Of a DNA stretch of 64,000 bases, positions 13,858 to 26,091 are shown one piece after another (positions within the stretch are counted from its first letter, which is position 1; each line of letters opens with the position of its first letter). A program made the position numbers and the translations under genes. The DNA is taken from positions 128,590,001 to 128,654,000 of the forward strand of contig NC_058368.1 of the NCBI RefSeq assembly GCF_018350175.1, given 5' to 3'. Below the pieces are notes generated by a model, which was not told the DNA's origin, searched no databases, and was given only the letters and a program-made list of their open reading frames with translations. Source of the stretch: Felis catus (Eukaryota).

Positions 13858-14559
13858 TTATCATCTTAGGTACCGCATTTACTTATTACATGTTTTTGAA
13901 AATTAGTGATCTATAAACACCCAAAGGTATTATGCCCACAAATACAGAGTAAATTGTCATTAACATAGACTTTAATAAACTAAAATTTCTCATTCTAGTA
14001 TTTATAGAATGAATACAGAAAGATTCAATCTGTGATCATTTAAAGTTTATCTTTATAATTCCAAAAAGAATGGACAGTAGAAACAAGATGGCAAAAGATT
14101 TATCTTAATTATTACGAAGTCATTCTTAATGTCCTAATTAAAATTGTGCTAAAGGAAAATGGAACCAGACAGACTAGCTGTTAACAAGGAACGATGTGAC
14201 TCTAAGCAAGTTACTAAGCCTTTTAACATTTGTGAAAAAGGGTGCATTTTCATCCAAATCATAAAGAAGTTGTGTAAGTTAAACACAAGTGAGGTTTACA
14301 TGGCCTCAAAGAGATAAAGGATCAATAAATGTTAGATTCCTTCCCTCTATTATTAAAAACACATTTACTCACTTCATTCAACTTTGAGCACCTGCTAGCA
14401 TAACTGCAAACAAGGCAGGCATAGTTTCTGTTTTTCCAGGGTCTACAATCTACCACAAAAGACAGAGAGATCTATGGACAAATAAAGTATTGCCACTTGT
14501 TACTCTTATTACTCAGAGTCAAACCTCATGTTTCTGTCTCTCTACTCGTTCTGGTTCTG

Positions 14560-15930
14560 TAATTTTACTCTCTGGTAAATTCCTAGGAAAGGGCTAGTGA
14601 GTGCAAGAGTCCCTGAATTCTTGTATGTTACTGACAATTTGTCTCTTCTTTTGTACTTGAAAATCAGTCTGGCTGGATATCCAATCCCTGATTCACACTA
14701 TTTCCTTGAAGATCTCAGACAAGAAACTTCATTTCTTTGGTATAAAGCCCCAAATCAGTTTTAGTTAAAATATGATTTTCTTTCCTTTATATGTAGTTTC
14801 AGATCTGACTTATTTTAGGAAAGTCTTCTTGGATTATAGATTTAATATTGACTCTATTCTCCTCCTTTGCGTATCATCTCTGGGAATTCCTATTATATGG
14901 GATGCTAGCTATTCTTTGCCTATCTTCCAAGTATGTCCCTATCTCTTGAATCCTTTGTCTTTGTCCATTTCTTTTTGATTTTTAGAAATTTCCCCCTTTC
15001 TACTTTCTATTTCTAGGGTACTGCCTCTTGTATTCATTTGCTTATGTACCTTATGCTTTAGTTTTCATTTCTGAAACATTTTTCTTTTATTTATCATTTT
15101 TTCTTGAGTTTGTTCATCTCATTTACAAGTTTTCCTAATTCCAACTTGTTATTCTTTCACATCTTGTATCTTTTTAAAATGACTTTTAGCTAGTTTTGAA
15201 ATATTAGGTTAGGGTTTTCACCTATTTTGTGGGTATATTTTTCTGGCACAACTACTATAAGGGTATTACTTAGTCCCTTTGCTCTTACACTAATTTTGAA
15301 TGGAGTTTGATTTTAATCCTATTATTTTGCTCATGTTTATACTAAATTTTCTTCAACTTTCAAAAGGGAGGCTTGGTTTAGAATAATATTTACATTTTGT
15401 ATCTCTAGGATATCCTCCTCTTTTTTTATAAGATGGTTCAAAACATGGTAGCTCACTTTCAGAGAACTCTTGGTTCTATTCACCTCCCCAATTTTTACCT
15501 GGGCCATCTTTTTTTGTTTCTGTGGTCCCTCTAATGCTCAATTTGGATTCTATTCCAAACAGTTTCTCCTCAGTTTTGTCTTTTAGGAATTCTTAAGTTG
15601 ATTAGGTGGAGAGATTACAGGGCCCAGACTGGTCCAGCCCCTTCCAGTCTTACTGTGAACCCCTTAATGATTGGGAGTATGTCATCCTCTCCAGTGTCAT
15701 CCACTGTGGTGAAATTAGCTTGCTAAACTTTCAACTAACTCTTATTTTGGAGTTATCAGGTCTATTAGACTGGCTTTCATTGCCTCTTTTGACATACAAT
15801 GATACGACACAGACCTAGTAGTTATCAGTGATTTGTTCCCACTCATCCATATTTTGGGGTTTGGGGGGATATCTGATCAATTATACTTGTTAGAAGTATT
15901 ATACATTCATTTTTTTATGTTGCCCTCTTC
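14560..15930 (-). mobile_element. Very old L1/HAL1-like fragment
   Basis: T-rich; ttgaaaatcagtctggctggatat..., tctctgggaattcctattatat resemble antisense L1 ORF1 region. Confidence 0.5.
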
Positions 15931-17040
15931 AGTTTGTTATTTAACATGCAAGATAAGGATCTTGTGCCAGAAATGAACACAATTCTTTCCTCACTGAGAA
16001 AATCTTGCTACCAAAAATATCTCAGCTAATCTAAATTGTGTGCTTAGTGATATACTAAATTTACATTCTGGTACAAGCTCCTTATCTTGTACACCAGTTA
16101 TAAAGGGTTCAAGAGCCAGGAGCATGTTCAAGAAGCATTGATTTATAGACTTGTTTTAAGAAAAATTCAATACCAATTTGTAGAACAATAAGGTTAATTT
16201 AAAAGTAGTTCTTCAAAGTTCTTTGCTGAGACAGTTCTAAAAATCTGGTCAATGATGGGTAGTAAAGAAAGACAGCAAGTAATGCCATGCTAATGTGTTC
16301 ACTATAAAACTTTTGTAGTTAACTAAGTGTGTATATAGGAAAATATTTATAACTTTTAACAACTACAAAATTAATAAAATTAACTTAGAAGAATTTAGAA
16401 GATATCAAAGAAAATTTGAGCTTCATAGAATGGTGTGCAAATGTACTTTATGCAACTGTACTTGTTAAAACATTATTTTCAGGTAGACTTCTTAAAATAA
16501 CTCCTAACTTTGGAAATAAATCTTTCTTTATCAGATGTGTATATTCTGGTTTCGACTCTGGTTTCAGTGATATCACAACTCTCATGGTGGTTGGAAAATA
16601 TTAAAAAGCATTTTGAACAAATTACATGTGCACTGGTTTTCTTGAGAAAGACATCAATATTTAATTTTCCATTAAACAGATCTTTTTATTACTCTTTGCT
16701 GTCAAAAGGGTTTAATGCAAAAAACAAGTCTTAGCAAACATCTGAAATAGTTACAGATTTTTACCATTCACTGGGGGAAAAAACTGTATTGAGAATCTTG
16801 ACTTTTCTCAATATGCTCTGTAAAAAGACTCCTCAGCCTGTATTTTCCACATATTTTATGAACATATAATCTGTAATTTCCCATATTTCTCATTGACTCT
16901 GTCAACTAGTAGCCTAGTAGCTTCATGTACTTCACAGGTCAGACAAGTGATCTCTATTCCAAATGGCTGGCTGGAGCAGTACTTAGTATCTTTTCCACCA
17001 GCACCCATGACCAAAAAAAAAAAAATTAGCTATCACTTAC

Positions 17041-17236
17041 TGTTCATGTCATTATTTTATAAGCAAATAGCCCACAGTGGACCTTGAATGGGAGGTACTA
17101 TGTTGCATGTGGAAAAATTCAGAACAAAGGAAATAATTATCACAGATCGCCTTTTAGATTTCACCATGCGTTAAAGTGAGAATATGTTCACTGTACGTGT
17201 TTCTCATATACTACTAGGTGGGAGTATGACAAGTAG
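17041..17236 (-). other. ERCC8: Candidate cassette (poison) exon in ERCC8 intron 2, 196 nt
   Basis: Minus strand ttgttttttattttcag|CTAC...AACA|gtaagtg; in-frame TGA at 17188-17190; sequence is not a recognisable repeat. Confidence 0.6.
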
Positions 17237-17574
17237 CTGAAAATAAAAAACAATTCTATCGAACCTATCTGGTTGATTTTAATGTAAATAGTAATAACAC
17301 TTCATTATAATATAAAAATTCTGGGGTGATGTTATATGTAACATGACACAACAAACCTTAGTTACTTTACAGTTGTTCTGATTACAGACCACATGAAGAT
17401 TTTTGAACGTTCTTGTAAAACAATGTGGGATCAAGAGGAGTTTTAAGTGGGTGGATGGCATGTTGATATCTGCATTTTTTAAAGCATCAGCTGCTGTGTG
17501 GAGAATGGACTGAAAGGAGTAAAAGCATAGGTGATAAGCTTTTGATTAATAGGAGTGGGGGCAACCTCTAATGA

Positions 17575-17790
17575 TATGCCAGGTCCTATGCTAAGCATGA
17601 TACACATATAATCTCATTTAAATGACAACAAATTTGTAACGTAGTTATTATTTTTGGCATTGCATAGCTAAGGCAACTGAGAACTAAAAGGGTTAGGTAT
17701 GTTGCTCAAGGTCACTCAGCTGCCAAGTGGTAAAGACAGGAGGAGCTCAAATACAGGTCTGGATTTTTCAAGCTTAATTCTCCAACATAT
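17575..17790 (-). mobile_element. MIR SINE
   Basis: atctcatttaa...ggcaactgaga..ggttagg..ttgctcaaggtcactcagct..aagtggtaaag core. Confidence 0.75.
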
Positions 17791-17904
17791 ACTTTCACTT
17801 TTTATGTTTGTTTTCCCATTAGACTCCTTTAGAGTAGCAACTCTGTTTTTTCTTCATATTTGTATTTTCTTTACTTTTCTTTTCCCTTTCCCTCCTCTCT
17901 CTGC

Positions 17905-18565
17905 AGAGAGAGGAGGAAACAGGATCCGAAGCAGGCTCTGGGCTGTTGGCAGAGACATCATGCGAGACAAATGCTGGGCTCAGATTCACAAACTGAAATC
18001 ATGACCTGAACCAGAGTATCGTGACCTAAGCCGGAGTCTGACTTTTAACCAACTGAGCCACCCAGGGCCCCCTTTTATTTTTTTTTTATTTAAATTCAAG
18101 TTGGTTAACATATAGTGTACTATTGGTTTTGGGAGTAGAATTTAGTGATTTATGACTTATCAGTCAGACTTACCAGTGCTCGTCCCAACAAGTGCCCTCT
18201 TTAATGCCCATCACCCTTTTAGCCCATGCCCTTTCACCTCCCCTGCAACCATTAGTTTGTTCTCTATATTTAAGACTCTCTCATGGTTTAGCAATTCTAT
18301 TTTAAAATGGCACTTAAGACACACAATCCAGCACTTAAAAGCCCTCTGCAATCAAAAAGTTTCAATTCTGTTGACTTCACAATGAACATTCTCACAATTC
18401 GTGACACTGAGCCCTGCATCTGTCTCTGCACTGACAGCACAGAACCTGCCTGGTACTCTCGCTCTCCCTCTCTCTCTCTCTGCCTTTCCCCTGCTGGCAC
18501 ATGCACGGTACACTCTCTCTCTCTCTCCCTCAAAATAAATAAACGTAAAGAAAATAAAATAAAGT
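17905..18565. mobile_element. Cluster: minus SINE, minus L1 3' fragment (~18075-18290), 5'-truncated plus SINE
   Basis: actgagccacccaggg; ccagtgctcgtcccaacaagtgccctc; ctgacagcacagaacctgc followed by (CT)n and A tail. Confidence 0.8.
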
Positions 18566-18760
18566 AGTTTGGAAATGTTTACCTGGCAACATTTTAAGAG
18601 TGTAATGTTTTGTGTTTATTTAAATCAGTAATGTCAGATTTAAAATGCTACAATTTAGAAATTTTACTAATTTTTATGGAACCATTAACATAAGTAATCA
18701 GAAAGCAAGATTTGACTGCATCTCACTTTGACAAAAAATGTATAAGTGTAATAAACTTAC

Positions 18761-18856
18761 TATCTTGCTTCAACAGGTTCAATGTCAAGGGTATTAACTC
18801 CACTGCCATGGATCCTTTCAATATCTCTGTCTTTGTTTAACTCCAGTCCCAAAACC
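18761..18856 (-). CDS. ERCC8: ERCC8 coding exon 2, 96 nt
   Basis: ttcaag| acceptor, |gtaagt donor; continues exon 1 frame: (R)[31 protein letters not shown](Y). Confidence 0.97.
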
Positions 18857-19130
18857 CTTGAATAAAATATAAAAATGGAAAGGGGAGGGGGGAAGAAAGA
18901 CAGAACAATAAAAAAGTAATTTAAACATTAAAAACGTCCTTACTTCACCAAAATTACACATATTGCAAAAATTGCAAGTAATGTTTAAATATTCTACCAC
19001 ACATTCAAAGATATTTACAGATTTTTAAAGACCTTACATGAATTTAAAAAATATCAACAGTACTAACACTTACATATATGGAATTTCTCCTGAAGCATTA
19101 TTTTAAACTTCATTTAAAGGGTGTACTTTG

Positions 19131-19302
19131 AGGCACCTGGGTGGCTTAGTTGGTTGAGCATTCTACTCCTGGTATGCCACAGGTTATGATCTTCAAGCTC
19201 CACACTGGGCTCTGTGCTGTCACTGTAGAGTATGCTTGGGATTCTCGCCTCTCTCTCTCTCTCAAAATAAGTAAATAAACTTAAAAAGAAGCTTAAAAAA
19301 AT
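19131..19302 (+). mobile_element. Can-SINE
   Basis: ggcacctgggtggcttagttggttgagc; flanked by gggtgtactt. Confidence 0.85.
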
Positions 19303-20906
19303 AATGGGTGTACTTCATTAAGATATTTACAGACTGAAATGTTCATGAAGAAAAAGTTAAATTCTGGTATCTTAAACTTAACTGAGGACACCTAGTGGAC
19401 AAAAGCTTAAATTACAGTATTTGGTGTTTCTTATGCCTTAGGCAGAAATACATGATGAGGATGTTTAATTCAACAATTAAGCACATTTTTAAAAACACAA
19501 TTAAATATCTATAAGTCAAAATAGTTAATAAGTACTCTTACAAATTAAGATGAATGAAATTTCTGATATTACCTAACTGTAAGCTATCCTTATTCTGGAG
19601 AGGATATTAACATTAAATGAGTTAATACACGGAAAGTGCTCATCACAATGACTAGCACATAGTAAGAGCCCAGTGAAGGTTAAATATTAGAATTTGTCTT
19701 AATCTGTTGGATGTTAAAGAACATTTACATTAATTTAACCAGAATGATTTCTAAATTCATTATTGATCAACATGATGCTTACTTACATGAAAATTTTTAG
19801 CCTAATTGGTAGTTTTATTTAAAAAAAATAACAATGCACACTGCTAGAAAAGGTACAAACTGATACTTTTATGCACTCACAGTAGCAGTATTAGTAATTG
19901 TAAACATTTTAGTAACCATTTTAGCAATATCAAATGTTTGATTTAAAGATATACATGGATATGTTAACTTGAATTTAAATAAAATTTAAAAAATAAATAG
20001 AAAAAAATGAAGATATACATGTGGCTTTGTCTTGTGGAACAAGTTTAGCCTTAGGTTCAAATATCCAGTCTAACACTTACTGTTTGTCTGACCTTGATCA
20101 ATAACAGTTACAGCTAATATTAAAAGCCTATTGTTCACTGACTCTGTAATTAGTGGTAATAGTAAGTGTAATAAGTGGTAACCTAGGTGGTAGGTTACAT
20201 TATTAACTGCTTTTCCTGATTATAAAACTAAGACATAACTAATCTTCCCAAGGTCATACATCTAATAATTGGGTGAACTGGATCTGAAGTCTGATCCTTT
20301 TTCTCCAGACCATTATGCTGTTCTGCTATCTCTGAGATTCAACATTTCACCACAAAATAATTTTTCACATTTTCCATTGAAATTTCCATTTCTTCTTAAA
20401 ATGTTTTTCTATTTGATGATTTTTCAGATTATATCATTAATGTGTGCTTCTTGTAACCAGTAAAATAATATACAAACATAAACAAAGGTAATCATCCCTT
20501 CCTTGAGTTCCTTTCTCTGAACAGTGAGAAATGTGGCTCTCATTATCATGAATATATTTCTTTGATCAATATCATTATATGTAACCGACCTCCTGTCACC
20601 AATATCATCCCCATCCCCAAAAAGAATGCTGCTCACCAGGCTTGGGCTTTGATTTCTACCTCCCCTAACACTCCATTGTCTGGGCTGGTCAGTCCCCACA
20701 CTTAAGAGCACCTCCTCAACCTGGTTAGGGTCTGCATTATCACTTTAGACCAATCTAATCCCTGCCAGTGTATGGAAGCCTACCTCTGCCCAAACTAAAG
20801 ACTTTAGGACTGAAGTTTTAATGAACTAAGAGGGGTTAAATTAAGGAAAGTAGGAGGGTAATGCGACAGGGAAATGAGGATATGGTGTGTGTAGATGGAG
20901 ACAAGG

Positions 20907-21110
20907 TGTGCAAAAAAAGTTAATATAGCAGGCCAGAGACTGCTATCCTTAGAAAGGTCTACCTACAAGATTGGCTTTTGTCTGCTTCTGGGATTTCAGG
21001 AGGGTTCCCATTATTCCTGGATATGAATGGTTCTCTGTGCCTAAACTCTATGGAGTAAACAAGGTGCATTGTGATGAATATCTGAGAGTATGGAGTTTTG
21101 CTACATGTTA
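20907..21110 (+). mobile_element. MER21-like LTR 5' fragment
   Basis: tagcaggccagagactgctatccttagaaagg...ggagggttccca...ctgtgcctaaact. Confidence 0.75.
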
Positions 21111-21649
21111 GGAACATGCATGTTCATGCTAGGAATTTTGGTTCATGTTCTAAAAGAAGAGCTAAACAAAGTTCCTCAGACAGAAGGGAAATGATACAGG
21201 AAGGAAACCTGGGACATCAGGATTGAAGAGAGAGCAAAAGAAATCATAAATATCTAGGCCAATATAATAGACAACTCTCCTTACAGTATGCTTGACAGTT
21301 GAAAAAAATGTATAACATTGTCTTATGGGGTTCACAATATAATATGTAAAGACAACAATGGTGGAGGGTTAAAAGTGGTAAAATTTCTATATGCCAAATG
21401 AAGCAGTAAACTACAGATTCTAAGGAGAGAATGAAAGTGGGTATTTTATAATTCCTAGAACAATCATCAAAAATATCATATAAAGAGATGTCACAAGAGA
21501 TTAATTAAAATCGAATATTAAATAATGTTTAAATAATCCCCCACCCCCCAAAAAAGAGGAAAGGAATGTGAGCAACTAGCACACTCATCCACCACTGGTG
21601 GGAATGTAAGTTTTTACAAAACTACCAGTTTCTTAAAAAGTGAAGCATA

Positions 21650-22073
21650 GGGGCACCTGGGTGGCTCAGTTGGTTGAGCCTCTGACTCCCGGTTTCATCT
21701 CAGATCGTGATCCTGTGGTTTCGTGGGTTTGAGCCCCATGTCAGGCTCTGCGCTGATAGGGTGGAGCCAGATGGGATTCCCTCTCTGTCCCTCCCTTGCT
21801 GGCGCTGTTGCTCTCTCTCTCTCAAAATAAATAAATAAGGGGCGCCTGCGTGGCTCAGTTGGTTAAGCATCTGACTTTGGCTCAGGTCATGATCTCACTG
21901 TCCGTGAGTTCAAGCCCTGTGTCAGGCTCTGGGCCGGTAGCTCAGAGCCTGGAGCCTGCTTCCGATTCTCTATCTCCCTCTCTCTCTGCTCCTTCCCCAC
22001 TCATACTCTGTCTCTGTCTCTCTCTCAAAAATAAAAAAGAAAAACATAAAAACAAATAAATAAATACGTAAAA
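21650..22073 (+). mobile_element. Two Can-SINEs, the second inserted in the tail of the first
   Basis: Outer TSD aaaaagtgaagcata at 21635-21649 and 22074-22088; second head at ~21839. Confidence 0.9.
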
Positions 22074-22252
22074 AAAAAGTGAAGCATATACTCTAGTCAT
22101 TCAAAAATTAGGCATGGATCCAAGAGAAATAAAAGCACAAAGATATGTACATGTATCCACACAAAGATTTGTACATGAACATTCACAGTAGCTTTATATA
22201 TAATAGCCAAAAACTGGAAACATTTAAATGTTCACCAAGAACTGAATGGATA

Positions 22253-22379
22253 GAGGCACCTGGATGGCTCAGTCGGTTGGGCATCCGATTTCAGCATAAG
22301 TCATGATCTCCCTGTTCACAAGTTCCAGCCCCCACATCCAGCTCTGCGCTGACACCTCAGAATCTGAAGCCTGCTTCGG

Positions 22380-22427
<48 letters not shown>

Positions 22428-22482
22428 CCTCCCCCGCTTGCACTCTGTCTCTCTCAAAAATAAATAAACATTAAAAAAAAAG
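22253..22482 (+). mobile_element. Can-SINE with long (CT)n
   Basis: Flanked by tgaatggata. Confidence 0.9.
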
Positions 22483-23057
22483 TGAATGGATAAACTGTTA
22501 TATATCCAGAAAAGAGAATATTCCTTACCAATAAAAAGGAATCAAAAGGAGAAATTTCAAAATAATTATGCTCAATGAAAAGTCAGACAAAACATAGTTT
22601 CATTTATACAAAATTCTGGCATATGAACAGTAATATATGCTGACAGAAAGCAGAGGAGTGGTTTCCTGGAGCAGAACAGGATGAAGCAGGGAAAGAAAGA
22701 AAAGGAATTATGATGAAATTTTTGGCTTATGGATATTTGTTATCCTGATTGTAATGGTTTAAAAAGTGTATATGTATGTCAAAACTCATCAAACTGTTTT
22801 CTCTAACTAAATGTGCAGTTTATTATATGTCAAATATACCTCAAGAATGTTGTGAAAAAAACTGGGGTTAGGAATTATAAACTTTGCAAATCAGTGCTCA
22901 TGCTTTTGTCTTTAATCATTGACAAGGAAGACCTTGGGGCAAATTAGAGTAGACATCTTTAAATAAAATATGACTATGCAGTTGTTTAGTTAAGCAAAGA
23001 CATCACTTTCTTTAAAAAGAAGCCCTACTTTAAATGCTTTATCTTAACTTAAATATA

Positions 23058-24512
23058 CAAGCAGTCCTCACTTTGCACAATCTGCAAACTAAACACAGAA
23101 TTTCAGGAACCAGGATTTAGTTAAATACCAGACCCCCAACAATGTGGCTCAAAAGTCATTTACTACAGTATGTTAACCATGACTAACAGCATAAAACACA
23201 AAGTTGGATACTACCTTTACAGCCCACAAATCACTACAAAAATAACATGCACATCATAGCTTGTGACCAATTTACATGACTTCTTTCAAAGTCTGTAAGT
23301 GATTGGTTACTGTGCATTTGTTATTCAGTTCACACACAAACTGTAAAGGTCTGTGCTTCTGAGATAATCCTGTAAGAAATTTTAGAAAAATGGGTAATTA
23401 TAAGAGAGAATTGCTCAACAAAATGAAAGAGCACCAAAGAAACGCTAAGTGATAATGCTGGAAGTAAAACTTAAATGGACTGCAAATGGAAATACAGAAG
23501 AAATAGCTGACTGTGGAAATGTTGACACTATGGCCACCTGACAAAGTCTAAAGAGGCACACTAAGGAAATCAATGCAGGTGAGTGAACCTACCCAAATAA
23601 ATGATGAAAAGTGGTTGTGATGAAAAGGCTAAGGATGTCCTAGAGGAAACAACACTGGCAAAAACACTCACATTAAAAAAAAAACGGAAAAAAAACAACC
23701 TCTCAGAGATATTTCACGACATTGAAATGCAAAGGATAAAATGTTCAAATCTGATTCAGACTTAGAAAGAATGATAATTAGGCAAGATATAGAGAAGATG
23801 CTCTACTTGTATTATAAGTTATACAATGAAAATATTCAGAGAGAGAGAGAGGGTGAGCAGGGGAGGGGCAGAGAGAGGGGCAGAAAGAGAGAATCCCAAG
23901 CAGACTCCCCACTGTCAGCACCAAAGCCTGACATGGGACTCGAATTCACAAACAGTGAGATCATGACCTGAGCCAAAATCAAGAATTGAACACTTACCCT
24001 ACTGAGCCACTCAGGCACCCTGTTTCTTTTAATTAAAACAAAAAAAATTTTTTTTAATGTTTATTCACTTTTGAGAGAAAGAGAGAAAGAGCACGTGCAA
24101 GACAGCATGAGTGGGAGAGGGGTAGAGAGGGAGACAGAATCCAAAGCAGGCTCCAGGCTCTGAGCCAGATGTGGGGCTCAAACTCACATACTGCGAGATC
24201 ATGACCTGAGCCGAAGTTGGATGCTTAATCAACTGAGCCACCCAGGCACTGCCCCTGTTTTTTTTAATATAAAGAGAGAACTGTAGTTCAAATTGTTTCT
24301 AATGTTTTACATTAACGTGTACTAAAGGTTTACTGTTTTTTTCATTTTTTATGTATTTATGACTGACAATAAAAGGTTAGTGTTTGACAAAGAAATTTTA
24401 AATACCACAGAATAATAGTTTCTCCACCGATTATTAAAGTTACCTTTCCTAGGTTCAGTTAGCACAATTAGTTTTATAGATGTGCACCAGTACACAAAGA
24501 AAGGACTGCCTG
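23058..24512. mobile_element. Tigger6-like TcMar DNA transposon with two nested SINEs
   Basis: TIRs caagcagtcctcactttgcaca (preceded by TA) and tacacaaagaaaggactgcctg. Confidence 0.75.
23837..24255 (-). mobile_element. Two tandem minus-strand Can-SINEs inside the Tigger element
   Basis: Two actgagccac..caggcac heads near 24010 and 24245. Confidence 0.88.
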
Positions 24513-24654
24513 AATATTTATATGCCAATTGTCTGAAGTAGAATTAAATGTGCTGAACAGAGTGCCATATAATCTTTCCTTTATAAACCATACCCATAAT
24601 TATATGATTCTATGATTTCCAGAGATTTCTTAAAATGTTTTATTTATTAACTCA

Positions 24655-25205
24655 TTTTATGATTTCAAGTTTTTATTGAAATTCTAGTTAGTTGACATAT
24701 ATGGTGACATTGATTACAGATATAGAATTCTGTGATTTATCACTTCCATATAACACTCAGTGCTCATCACAAGTGCCTTCCTTAAAATCGATCACGTACT
24801 TAGCCCATTCCCCACCATCTCCCTCCATCAACCCTCAGTTTATTCTCTATAGTGAAGAGTCTCTTATGGTTTCCCTCCCTCTCTATTTTTTGCATTTCCC
24901 CTATGTTCATCTGTTTTGTTTCTTAAATTCTAACGAGTGAAATCACATGGTATTTGTCCTTCTCTCACTTATTTCACTTAGCACAAAACACTAGCTCCAT
25001 CCATGTTGTTGCAAATGGCAAGACTTCATTCTTTTTATGGCTAATATTCCACTATATATACCACATCTTCTTTATCCATTCATCAGTCGATGGACATTTG
25101 GGCTCTTTCTATATAGCTTGGCTATTGTTGATAATGCTGCTATAAACATTGGGGTGCATATGCCCCTTCGAATCAGTATTTTTGAATCCGTTTGGGTAAA
25201 TACGC
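24655..25205 (-). mobile_element. Carnivore L1 3' end
   Basis: aacactcagtgctcatcacaagtgcc...cctatgttcatctgttttgtttcttaaattc; same 3' UTR type as the 41.8-kb copy. Confidence 0.88.
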
Positions 25206-25255
25206 AAAAGATGTTTTCATTACCTTGTTTGTTTTAGTTGAATAAACATTTAAGG

Positions 25256-25318
25256 CATATGCAAAGCAAATGAATATGGAATCTTGGACATATGCAAAGC
25301 AAATGAATGTGGAATCTT
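25256..25318. repeat. 33-bp tandem duplication (two copies)
   Basis: catatgcaaagcaaatgaatRtggaatctt starting at 25256 and 25289. Confidence 0.9.
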
Positions 25319-25328
25319 TCTCCAGCAA

Positions 25329-25485
25329 CAGTTGTCAATCCTGGCTAAACCTAACAATGACTTAGGGAGCTTTCAAGAAATCCCAGTGGCCTGGACCAAT
25401 CTTTAGGGTTGGAACTTTGGCACAAACACTTTTTCCAAAGACCCTAGGTGATTCCTGTGTTATGGCAAAGTTGAGAAAAACTGTT
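25329..25485. mobile_element. MER5-like hAT-Charlie
   Basis: cagttgtcaatcctggct...ccctaggtgattcctgtgt..gcaaagttgagaaaaactg. Confidence 0.6.
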
Positions 25486-25669
25486 CCATCGTTTTGTATT
25501 TTCCCCAAGTCTTTTATAACATTTTCTCAATCAATATACCTTATTGAACAGCATTTTATGTTAAGCCATTTGTTTAAATTATTTCAAAAGTGGTCTATGT
25601 AGTTTTTGTAAGAATAGCAACTCTTTCTGCATTTGTATTTCATTAGCTCATATTAAAATGGCATAAGCA

Positions 25670-25828
25670 GGGGCACCTGAGTGGCTCAGTCAGCTGGTTG
25701 AGCACCCGACTCTTGATTCCCTCAGGTCACCATCCCAGAGTCGTGGGATTGAGTTCCACACCAAGCTCCACACTGAGAGTGGAGCCTGCTTCTGATTCTA
25801 CCTCTGCCCCTCTTCCCTGTTCATGGTA

Positions 25829-25872
<44 letters not shown>

Positions 25873-26091
25873 AAAAGAAAATAAATCTTGGGTCGCCTGG
25901 GTGGCTCAATTAAGCTCTTGATTTTGGCTCAGGTCATTATCTCGCTGTTGTTAAGTTTGAGCCCTGCATTGGGCTCTGTGCTGACAGCATGGAGCCTGCT
26001 TGGGATTCTCTCTCTGCCTCTCCCCTGCTTGTGTGTGTGCACACTCTCTCTCTAAAAATAAATAAACTTCAAAAAATAAATCTTAATAAAA
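25670..26091 (+). mobile_element. Two Can-SINEs, nested in tail
   Basis: Inner TSD aaaataaatctt at 25878-25889 and 26073-26084; outer TSD taaaatggcataa. Confidence 0.9.

Larger units (their letters stand above)
21150..22860 (+). mobile_element. Old L1M fragments hosting three SINEs
   Basis: ctggtgggaatgtaa; tccacacaaagatttgtacatgaacattcacagtagcttta; caaaactcatcaaactg...tgtgcagtttattatatgtcaaatatacctcaa. Confidence 0.7.

Noticed and set aside
16416..16734. Overlapping plus-strand ORFs with an acceptor-like site at ~16534
   Set aside because: No recognisable homology, non-ATG starts and no matching donor
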